23,038 nucleotides of DNA. Origin: Clostridia bacterium. GTDB lineage: Bacteria; Bacillota; Clostridia; TANB77; RGIG9151. A program made the position numbers and the translations under genes. Below the pieces are notes generated by a model. That model made no database searches. It was not told the origin of the DNA and saw nothing but the letters and a program-made list of their open reading frames with translations. Where the stretch lies: NCBI GenBank assembly GCA_016287855.1, contig JAEEXS010000015.1:1-23038 (forward strand), given 5' to 3'. Shown one piece after another: positions 8,713 to 16,134 of this stretch. How positions within the stretch are numbered: the first letter of the stretch is position 1; every line of letters starts with the position of its first letter.

Positions 8713-9027
8713 ATTAGTCTCCTTTCAAAAAAATTAAACAAAAATCGCATAAAAACAAAGTTTATAAACAAAAAATTTCAAAGCATCACTATTTGTATAT
8801 GTTTTACCAACATGGGAATAATATAAAGTTATCCACATAGTTATGCACATGTGTTGATAAAGCATAAATAAAAGCTTTGAAATTTTTATCTTTTGTAATT
8901 AAAGTATTTTCGCATTGTTGATAAATTGTTGAATTAACAATATATATCAATATCAGTAACACTATAACAGAAAAAAGTATTATTTTCAAGAAAAAAATGA
9001 ATTAAGATTTTAAAATTCATATTTATA
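8713..9027. other. oriC segment upstream of dnaA, holding a DnaA-box cluster and the dnaA promoter region
   Basis: A perfect TTATCCACA lies at 8829-8837. TTATGCACA lies at 8841-8849. TGTTGATAA (rc TTATCAACA) occurs at 8852-8860 and 8917-8925. The three clustered boxes are bracketed by a perfect 14-nt inverted repeat, AAAAATTTCAAAGC 8771-8784 and GCTTTGAAATTTTT 8874-8887. Confidence 0.65.
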
Positions 9028-9056
9028 TTGAAATAGGGAATTAAACAATATAAAAT
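9028..9056 (+). promoter_or_regulatory. candidate sigma-A promoter of pcrA
   Basis: TTGAAA (9028-9033), a 17-nt spacer, then TAAAAT (9051-9056). This lies about 25 nt upstream of the pcrA ATG at 9081. Confidence 0.4.
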
Positions 9057-9080
9057 GTTTAGAGGAAAGAAGGTTAGAAG

Positions 9081-11342
9081 ATGATAGATTTAACTAAGTT
9101 AAATAAAGAACAATTAGAAGCTGTAAAGACTACAGAAGGCCCTTTATTAGTAATAGCAGGAGCGGGTTCAGGAAAAACAAGAGTTTTAACATATAGAATA
9201 GCTTATTTAATGGATGAAAAGAGTGTAAAACCTTATAATATATTGGCAATTACTTTTACAAATAAAGCTGCAAAAGAAATGAAGGAAAGAGTAGAAGATT
9301 TAGTAGGGGAGAGGGCACGAGATATATGGATATCTACTTTTCATGCAGCATGTGTAAGAATCTTACGGCGAGATATAGAAAAGATAGGCTATGACAAAAA
9401 TTTTGTTATTTTCGATACATCAGATCAAAAGACTTTAATAAAAGAATGTCAGAAAGAAGCTAATTTAGATGATAAAAACTTTTCATATCAATATTTAATA
9501 AGCGAAATAAGCAAGGCAAAAAACCAGCTAATAACAGCAAAAGACTATTTACGTCAAAATCAAACTAATTTTAGATTGGCTAAAGTCGCTGAAGTTTATG
9601 AATTGTATGAAAAAAGACTTAAAGAGAATAATGCTTTAGATTTTGATGATTTAATAATGAAAACTACAGAGCTTTTTCTATCAAATCCAGATATTTTGGT
9701 TTATTACCAAGATAAATTTAAATACATATTAATAGACGAATACCAAGATACTAACACAGCACAATTTACGTTAGTAAACCTACTTGCAGCAGGAAGTGGT
9801 AATTTATGCGTAGTAGGGGATGATGATCAAAGCATATATGGCTGGAGAGGCGCAGATATGCGGAATATATTGGATTTTGAGAAAGCTTTTCCAGGTGCAA
9901 AAACAATAAAACTAGAGCAAAACTATAGATCTACAGGAATAATACTAAATGCAGCAAATGAAGTTATAAAGAACAATGAAAACAGAAAAAGTAAAAAATT
10001 ATGGACAAAAAACGAAGAAGGGGAGCAAATACAGTTATATAGAGCAGATGATGAAAGAGATGAGGCTAAATATATAATAAATGAAATAAAAAGCATAGTA
10101 GATAGAGGTCAAAAATATTCAGATATAGGTGTTTTATACAGAATAAACGCACAATCGAGAATAATAGAAGATTATCTAATAAGCGAAGCTTTACCATACA
10201 AGGTAATAGGAGGACTAAAATTCTACGATAGAAAAGAAATAAAAGACGTTATGGCTTATTTAAGGGTATTATATAACCCAATGGATAATATAAGCCTTAA
10301 AAGGATAATAAATGAACCCAAAAGAGGTATAGGTAATACAACTTTAGAGAATGTTCAAAAAATTGCAACTGAAAACAATGTTTCTTGCTGGGAAATCTTA
10401 CGAAACGTAGATGTATAACGGGATATAAGTCGTTCAAAAAATGGAATAAAAGAGTTTATTAACGTAATGGAAAAGATAAAAGAAGAGGTAAATAAAGAAA
10501 ATCTTTTGGTATCTCAAATAATAAAGATGGTAGTGAACGAGACAGGGTATATAAGTGCATTAGAAGCAGAAGATAGTATAGAAAATCAAACAAGAATAGA
10601 AAATATTGCTGAATTTATATCAGTTGCAGAAGAATATGAAAAAGAAAGCTCTGAACCAAGCTTAGCTGACTTTTTAGAGAATATGGCTTTAATATCTGAT
10701 TTAGATACTAATGATGGTGAAGAAAGTGAATATGTGACGTTAATGACGATGCATAGTGCAAAAGGCCTAGAATTTCCAATAGTATTTATTCCAGGAATGG
10801 AAGAAGGGGTTTTCCCAGGGTATAGATCTATGGGAGATGAGGCAGAAATAGAAGAAGAAAGACGGTTATGTTATGTTGCAATAACAAGGGCAAGGGAAAA
10901 ACTTTATATAACCTGTGCAAGAAGAAGAACTTTATTTGGAAACACTAGTATAAATAAACCGTCTAGGTTTTTAGAGGAAATACCGGAAAGTCTAATGGAT
11001 GGATATACAAAAGAGAGTAATAATCAAGAATATATGGCAAATGACTGGTATTCTAGTAGTGTGATGGAATATAGTTTGCCAGATACATATAAAAATAACA
11101 TAGAAGTTGCTATGGGAAGTAATTATATAAAGAATATACAAGGCCATAAACAACCTGTAACGCAGATGCACGCTGACTTATCTGTTTTCGAAGAAGGTAA
11201 GTTTGTAATGCATAAAAGGTTTGGTGCAGGAGTAATTACCAAAATAACACCTGAAGAAGATGATTTAATGCTTGAAATATTATTTGAAAAAGCAGGGAAG
11301 AAGAGATTGATGGCAAAATATGCTCAATTGGAGGTGCAGTAG
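9081..11342 (+). pseudogene. pcrA: PcrA/UvrD-type ATP-dependent DNA helicase interrupted by a single in-frame TAA at 10416-10418
   Basis: Track ORFs 9081..10418 (445 aa, Walker A AGAGSGKT, DEYQDT, GDDDQSIYGWRGA, QNYRS) and 10467..11342 (291 aa, TLMTMHSAKGLEFP, VAITRAREKL) are in the same frame (both coordinates are 0 mod 3). The 48 nt between them also read in frame as RDISRSKNGIKEFINV. The total would be about 753 codons, a normal PcrA length. Confidence 0.8.
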
Positions 11343-11934
11343 GATTTTTACGGTAAAAGAAGAGGCAAGAGAAGAGTTTATAGAGAAAAAATCTAGATTT
11401 ATAGCGACTATTTTTCCTATAAACTCAAAAGAAGAAGCGGAAAATATTATACAAAGGGTAAAAAAAGAGTTTTGGGATGCAAAACATAATGTTTATGCAT
11501 ATATATTACCCAATAATATAAGTAAATATAGTGATGATGGTGAGCCGCAAGGAACAGCAGGGTTGCCTGTTTTTACTGTACTTAATAAAAAAGAGTTAGT
11601 AAATGTTCTAGTAGTTGTTACAAGGTATTTTGGAGGTGTTTTATTAGGAAAAGGCGGCTTAATAAGAGCATATTCTGAATCAGTGAAAAATGTCTTAGAA
11701 AAAGCAAAAATTTATGAAATAATAGAAAAAACTTGTATTGAAATAGAGTGTGAATATTCAATAAAAGATAAAATTTTAGATTATATAACGAAACATGAAA
11801 TCCAGCATACATCTGTATTTGAGAACAATGTAAAGTTTAAAATAGAAACCCCTAAGGGTTCAGAAAATAAAATTATAGAGGATATAGTCCAAATCACAAA
11901 TAACAAGGCAAATTATCGTATTTTGTCGGAATAA
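11320..11934 (+). CDS. yigZ: YigZ/IMPACT-family (UPF0029) protein
   Basis: 204 aa with KKSRFIATIFP, HNVYAYIL, DDGEPQGTAGLP and TRYFGGVLLGKGGLIRAY, all typical of the IMPACT N-terminal domain. The start is uncertain because the ATG at 11320 overlaps the pcrA 3' end. Confidence 0.8.
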   Translation: MLNWRCSRIFTVKEEAREEFIEKKSRFIATIFPINSKEEAENIIQRVKKEFWDAKHNVYAYILPNNISKYSDDGEPQGTAGLPVFTVLNKKELVNVLVVVTRYFGGVLLGKGGLIRAYSESVKNVLEKAKIYEIIEKTCIEIECEYSIKDKILDYITKHEIQHTSVFENNVKFKIETPKGSENKIIEDIVQITNNKANYRILSE

Positions 11935-12038
11935 AGCGAAAAAAAACAGAAATCATCGACAAATTCTAACATATTTTTACAAGACAAGCTTTTATAATAT
12001 TCTTGTGTTTTGTCTAAAAAATAAAGGGGGAATTTGCG

Positions 12039-12812
12039 ATGAACGAAGGAATAAGCGTTTTAATTGCTGATGGTAACGTAGATATAGCAAATAAATTAAA
12101 AGATTATCTATCACATCAGAAAGATATTTCGGTAGAAGGAGTAGTTGACAATGGTATAGACACGATTAGCATGATTTCAGAAAAGAAACCAGATATCGTA
12201 ATTTTAGAAATGTTACTACCCAAAATAGACGGAATAGGCGTACTAAAAGCAGTACAAGACAAGAAAATAGAAAAAAGACCTATATTTTTGGTTTTATCTT
12301 CCTTATCTCAAGATATTTTGATAAGAGAAGCTATTTCTTTGGGAGCGTATTGTTTTATGTTAAAACCATTTGATTTCTCTATTCTAACAGAAAGAATAAG
12401 AAGGATAATGCGAAAAGAAAAGAATGTAAAAATGGTAAAAAGAGAAAGAAAGATAACGGATGAAAATCTAGAACAAGAAATAACTAATATTATGCATGAT
12501 ATAGGCGTTCCGGCACATATTAGGGGTCATCAATACTTAAGAGAAGCAATTATACTTTCAATCAAGAATCAAGATTTATTAGCGTCTGTTACAAAGACGT
12601 TATATCCTACCGTAGCAACTACATATAATACAACGCCAAGTAGGGTAGAAAGAGCAATAAGACATGCTATAGAAGTGGCTTGGAGTAGGGGAAAGCTAGA
12701 CACCCTGCAAAATGTTTTTGGATATACAATAAACGTAATAAAAGGAAAACCAACTAATAGTGAATTTATTGCAATGATTGCAGATAGAATGAAATTAGAA
12801 ATGAAAGTATAA
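12039..12812 (+). CDS. spo0A: Spo0A, sporulation master response regulator, with an atypical receiver domain
   Basis: 257 aa. The C-terminal domain carries unmistakable Spo0A signatures: [47 protein letters not shown] and [18 protein letters not shown]. The N-terminal domain is CheY-like (MLKPF Lys present). An SD AAAGGGGG lies upstream. Confidence 0.9.
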   Translation: MNEGISVLIADGNVDIANKLKDYLSHQKDISVEGVVDNGIDTISMISEKKPDIVILEMLLPKIDGIGVLKAVQDKKIEKRPIFLVLSSLSQDILIREAISLGAYCFMLKPFDFSILTERIRRIMRKEKNVKMVKRERKITDENLEQEITNIMHDIGVPAHIRGHQYLREAIILSIKNQDLLASVTKTLYPTVATTYNTTPSRVERAIRHAIEVAWSRGKLDTLQNVFGYTINVIKGKPTNSEFIAMIADRMKLEMKV

Positions 12813-12858
12813 AAAACAAAACCTGTAATGCAAGATACATCAGCATTACAGGTTTTTG
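12811..12858. terminator. bidirectional rho-independent terminator between spo0A and the convergent orphan gene
   Basis: The stem ACCTGTAATGC (12821-12831) pairs with GCATTACAGGT (12843-12853) around an 11-nt loop. An A-run lies on the left and a T-run on the right, so a U-tract follows the hairpin on both strands. Confidence 0.7.
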
Positions 12859-12859
12859 C

Positions 12860-13429
12860 TTAATATGTTCTGCCAGTAATTTGTAACTTATCTTCAGGAG
12901 ATAAAGCATCATATTCACTTTCATTTATAGGAATGCCATCATAAGAATCCATTATAGGATAATAAAATGAAGGAATATCCTGAACTAAATATGGTCTATA
13001 TTGGTCACAATAGTAAACATCAGGGCAGTAATTTAAATTTTGGATATCTGAACTATCAATTGGTTTTGATTTTTTGTCACATAGCGACAAAGCAGATAAA
13101 TTTGTACTATGAGATTGAGCTATAAAATTTGAATGTTCAGAATTATAATAATTATAAAACTGTTCAAAATATTCTTTTTTCTTTTCTTCATCCATCTCAT
13201 TTGCTGGCAAAGCCGGTAAAGAAGATGGAAAGTAATTTGAAAAATCCTTTTTTGGACAAGTAAAAATAGACACTTTTTTACCTGATGGAAGATCTTTAGC
13301 AATTTTTCTACACATAATGCAGTATGCACAGGAATATGGAATCGAACCAGAAACAGCGGTATTTATGGAAGTTGTTGCATCATCAAGAGTTCCATTTACA
13401 AAATCAGCAATTTTATCAAACCAGCCCAT
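12860..13429 (-). CDS. hypothetical Cys/Tyr-rich protein (189 aa), no recognised family
   Basis: I trimmed the track ORF 12860..13438 to the ATG at 13429-13427, which is preceded by the SD AGGTGA with a 5-nt spacer. The upstream carboxypeptidase stop (TGA 13437-13435) lies inside this SD region, indicating translational coupling. Composition matches the host. Confidence 0.55.
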   Translation of the reverse strand: MGWFDKIADFVNGTLDDATTSINTAVSGSIPYSCAYCIMCRKIAKDLPSGKKVSIFTCPKKDFSNYFPSSLPALPANEMDEEKKKEYFEQFYNYYNSEHSNFIAQSHSTNLSALSLCDKKSKPIDSSDIQNLNYCPDVYYCDQYRPYLVQDIPSFYYPIMDSYDGIPINESEYDALSPEDKLQITGRTY

Positions 13430-13434
13430 TATTA

Positions 13435-14697
13435 TCACCTATTTCCTTTCTTTCTACGATTTCTTTTAATAAATTTTCTAATTTCATTGAAAATTCTAAG
13501 GCTTACGCCTAATATTATAACAGAAATAACGAAATAAAGCAATATTCTAAGGATAACAAATATAACATGTTCTTTTTTTACATCATCTTGGGCTACTAAG
13601 TTGACTATTCCAATAGGTTTACCATCCATTGTATAAGAAATAGTGCCAAGCACATCTCCTTTATTTATAGGAGCAACTATCTTGTTATTTATAGTAGTAA
13701 CATGGTCAAACACAGGTGTATCCCCATTTTTAACGGTTATGTTTAAGCTATCTGCAGCTGCTAAATTTAATGTTTTTTTGCCAGATTTTTTAGGAACACA
13801 ACTTGTAATTATTTTATTTTGAGCTACAAGTTGTTCATTATGATAGTTTTCAAAGCCATAATCAAATAATGAAATAGTGTCTGTAAAAGCAGTTGACTTG
13901 TTTACAGGAATAATACTACCTCCAAGAACTACAGATATTAAATCTAAGCCATCTTTTGAAGCAGAAGCTACTAAGCAATTACCAGCTTGAGTGGTAAAAC
14001 CAGTTTTAATACCAGTAGCGTATGGGTAAAAATACTCCCCACCAGATAATAATAGTTTATTAGTATTTAAGAATGTTCTAGAGGTTTTAGAAATATTTGT
14101 AGCTGGCATATCGTATTTTGATTGAGAAACTATTTCTCTAAACTTTTCTATTTTCATACAAGCACAAGCTATTTTAGCTAAATCTGCAGCGGTTGTATAG
14201 TGATTATCATTATGTAACCCATTTGCATTTACAAAATTAGAATTTATTGCACCGAGATTTTTAGCAGTTGAGTTCATTAAATCAGCAAAATCAGATACAG
14301 AGCCAGATATATGTTCCGCTAAAATGTTTGCAGCATCGTTTCCAGAAGGAAGCATAAGACCGTACAAGACTTGTTCTAAATTAAGAATCTCATTTTCAGA
14401 GAAATAAGCTAATGAACTACCTTTTGGAACCGACATAACAGCAGTTCTAGATGGAATAATCTGTTCTTTCATGGTATATCCTTGAGAAAGTGCAATATAA
14501 GCGGTTAAAATCTTTGTTGTACTAGCAGGATATACTTTTTGATTTGAGTTTTTTTCAAATAATACTTCACCTGTTTTACCATCTATTAAAATCGCTGAAT
14601 TGCTGTATACATCTATCGCATAGGATTTTGATATAAGTAATAAAAAGGTAAATACAAATAAAAGTAAAAATCTTTTTCGTAATATAAAGTTTTTCAT
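13435..14697 (-). CDS. D-alanyl-D-alanine carboxypeptidase (low-MW PBP, PBP5/DacB/DacF family) with a C-terminal membrane anchor
   Basis: 420 aa with an N-terminal signal-like segment and the three penicillin-binding motifs: SxxK (ASTTKILT), SxN (PSGND) and KTG (IKTGFT). A hydrophobic C-terminal anchor (VIFVILRILLYFVISVIILGV) follows. Confidence 0.85.
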   Translation of the reverse strand: MKNFILRKRFLLLFVFTFLLLISKSYAIDVYSNSAILIDGKTGEVLFEKNSNQKVYPASTTKILTAYIALSQGYTMKEQIIPSRTAVMSVPKGSSLAYFSENEILNLEQVLYGLMLPSGNDAANILAEHISGSVSDFADLMNSTAKNLGAINSNFVNANGLHNDNHYTTAADLAKIACACMKIEKFREIVSQSKYDMPATNISKTSRTFLNTNKLLLSGGEYFYPYATGIKTGFTTQAGNCLVASASKDGLDLISVVLGGSIIPVNKSTAFTDTISLFDYGFENYHNEQLVAQNKIITSCVPKKSGKKTLNLAAADSLNITVKNGDTPVFDHVTTINNKIVAPINKGDVLGTISYTMDGKPIGIVNLVAQDDVKKEHVIFVILRILLYFVISVIILGVSLRIFNEIRKFIKRNRRKKGNR

Positions 14698-14726
14698 TTT
14701 AAACTCCTTTACAAATATTTACTGTA

Positions 14727-14755
14727 TTGACAAAAATTTGAAAATATACTATGAT
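14727..14755 (+). promoter_or_regulatory. candidate sigma-A promoter of comEA
   Basis: TTGACA (14727-14732), a 17-nt spacer, then TATGAT (14750-14755). Confidence 0.4.
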
Positions 14756-14778
14756 TATTCAAAAGAGGTGGAAAAATT

Positions 14779-15408
14779 TTGAAAATAAACAAGAAAATCA
14801 TAGCAGCTATATCTATCATTACGCTGGTAATATCGGCAATATTATATAATATACTTTATACTAATAATAAAAAAAATGAAATATTTAATGAATTCGATTT
14901 TGAAGAAGAAAATAACATTGAAAGCGTCGACGAAAGAGAGGAAACAAAAACAATTTTTATTGATATTGGCGGGGAAGTTATAAATCCGGGATTATATGAG
15001 TTAAAAGAAAATGCACGAGTAAATGATGCAATAATAGCTGCTGGAGGTACTACAAACAAAGCAGATTTAACTGAGATTAATTTAGCATATGTTTTATCTG
15101 ATGCCTTAAAAATTACTATTCCTAAAAAGGAAGAGGGACAAAAAGAAAACTCAAAGAAAAATACAAGTATAAGTTCTTCGTTAATGACATCAAAAGCAGA
15201 TGTATCCCAAGTTTCAGGATTGATAAACATTAATACTGCAACAAAAAATCAACTAAAAAATTTAGAAGGAATAGGAGATTCAACTGCCCAAAAAATAATA
15301 GATTATAGGACTCAAAACGGACAATTTAACAAAACAGAAGATATTAAGAATGTTTCAGGTATCGGAGAAAGCAAATATCAGAAAATAAAAGATAAAATAT
15401 CAATTTAA
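14779..15408 (+). CDS. comEA: ComEA-like competence DNA receptor (SLBB plus helix-hairpin-helix)
   Basis: 209 aa with a TTG start after the SD AGAGGTGG. It has an N-terminal TM helix, VNPGLYEL..RVNDAI (SLBB-like), and a C-terminal ININTATKNQLKNLEGIGDSTAQKIIDYR..F....DIKNVSGIGESKYQKIK (tandem HhH). Confidence 0.75.
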   Translation: MKINKKIIAAISIITLVISAILYNILYTNNKKNEIFNEFDFEEENNIESVDEREETKTIFIDIGGEVINPGLYELKENARVNDAIIAAGGTTNKADLTEINLAYVLSDALKITIPKKEEGQKENSKKNTSISSSLMTSKADVSQVSGLININTATKNQLKNLEGIGDSTAQKIIDYRTQNGQFNKTEDIKNVSGIGESKYQKIKDKISI

Positions 15409-15440
15409 AACGCATGTGGCTCGCAACAAAGCGAGCCACA
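15401..15440 (-). terminator. GC-rich hairpin acting as terminator of the GC-rich minus-strand ORF
   Basis: A perfect 10-bp stem, TGTGGCTCGC (15415-15424) with GCGAGCCACA (15431-15440), around a 6-nt loop. On the minus strand it is followed by TGCGTTTTAA. On the plus strand no T-run follows. Confidence 0.5.
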
Positions 15441-15459
15441 CGGATTGTATGAAATGTGT

Positions 15460-15951
15460 TCAGAAGGGGGAAATGCAGAGGATGTTGGCGCTGTCGAGAA
15501 TAACGGGGATGGCCGCAGTACCAGGTACACGAACGTAAGTTATGTAGGAATATTCGGAGTGGAACCACATATCCTCGAACCATTCCATAAGGAGAATTTC
15601 AAAATCCTTTGAAAAACCTATCTTTTCTTCAGAAATAACCATGAAGTACTGGTAGCCATCAGGCTCCATTTTAACCTTGAAATGCTTTTTGGTGTGAGGT
15701 GTAGGGAATTGCTCACCCTCGTCACGGTAATACTCGAGGTCGGTGATAGGGGTGATGCTGATGTGGTCTGCTTTCCAGTATCCGCTGGGCAAAGCAGTAA
15801 CGTCTAACTCGGAAAATGGGATGTCAGCGAGGCAGGGAAGAACGACAGTTTTGTTGACCTTCTGCAGATACCAGCCGGTATGCTGCTTTAGGCAATCACC
15901 TTGAACGAAGACAGCAGTAGTGTTTCCAGTATCAGTCTCTTTGGGTTTCAT
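15460..15951 (-). CDS. hypothetical acidic, aromatic-rich protein (163 aa) of foreign base composition
   Basis: The ATG at 15951-15949 has a perfect SD AGGAGG (15965-15960) 8 nt upstream. The ORF fills the GC-rich island exactly. I recognise no motif, TM segment or signal peptide. Confidence 0.7.
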   Translation of the reverse strand: MKPKETDTGNTTAVFVQGDCLKQHTGWYLQKVNKTVVLPCLADIPFSELDVTALPSGYWKADHISITPITDLEYYRDEGEQFPTPHTKKHFKVKMEPDGYQYFMVISEEKIGFSKDFEILLMEWFEDMWFHSEYSYITYVRVPGTAAIPVILDSANILCISPF

Positions 15952-16008
15952 TCCGGTGTCCTCCTATAGTTTCATCAGATTTAAATATTAATTTATTTTT
16001 TCAACGCT

Positions 16009-16037
16009 ATTTTACATAAAAAGTAGAATTCTGTCAA
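16009..16037 (-). promoter_or_regulatory. candidate sigma-A promoter driving the GC-rich ORF
   Basis: On the minus strand: TTGACA (rc of 16032-16037), a 17-nt spacer, then TAAAAT (rc of 16009-16014). The -35 box is the left arm of a 13-bp perfect palindrome shared with the rpmH promoter. Confidence 0.4.
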
Positions 16038-16052
16038 TATGTTTTTTAAATA

Positions 16053-16081
16053 TTGACAGAATAAGCCCTATGTAGTATAAT
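16053..16081 (+). promoter_or_regulatory. consensus sigma-A promoter of the rpmH-rnpA operon
   Basis: TTGACA (16053-16058), an exact 17-nt spacer, then TATAAT (16076-16081). It lies 53 nt upstream of the rpmH ATG. Confidence 0.6.
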
Positions 16082-16134
16082 GATAAAGCCTTTATAGGAA
16101 AAAATAAAAGTTTTTAAGGAAGTGGGTGTAGATT

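Noticed and set aside
8804-8989. A 61-aa minus-strand ORF in the region upstream of dnaA.
   Set aside because: It spans the DnaA-box cluster and the inverted repeat of oriC, has no SD, and gives a hydrophobic AT-rich translation. This is more parsimoniously non-coding origin DNA.
10400-10422. A 20/23-nt similarity between the pcrA stop-codon region (ACGAAACGTAGATGTATAACGGG) and the jag-mnmE spacer (ACGAAACATAGATGTATCAAGGG, 18346-18368). This hinted at an inserted repeat that might have created the nonsense codon.
   Set aside because: By rough estimate, several 23-mers with 3 or fewer mismatches are expected by chance among all position pairs in 23 kb of about 70% A+T DNA. The pcrA copy also reads as normal in-frame helicase sequence on both sides, so there is no sign of an insertion.
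11955-11961. A 0A-box-like ATCGACA (rc TGTCGAT) upstream of spo0A, plus TGTCGGA at about 11924, as possible autoregulatory sites.
   Set aside because: Each has a mismatch in the heptamer core and stands alone rather than in tandem. They are too weak to call without a PWM scan.
15403-15986. ATTTAAA occurs at both borders of the GC-rich cassette (15403-15409 and 15980-15986), suggesting a target-site duplication. I also considered an integron attC or an IS origin for the cassette.
   Set aside because: A 7-mer of pure A/T is expected frequently in this background. I found no GTTRRRY/RYYYAAC core sites, no terminal inverted repeats, and no transposase or integrase.
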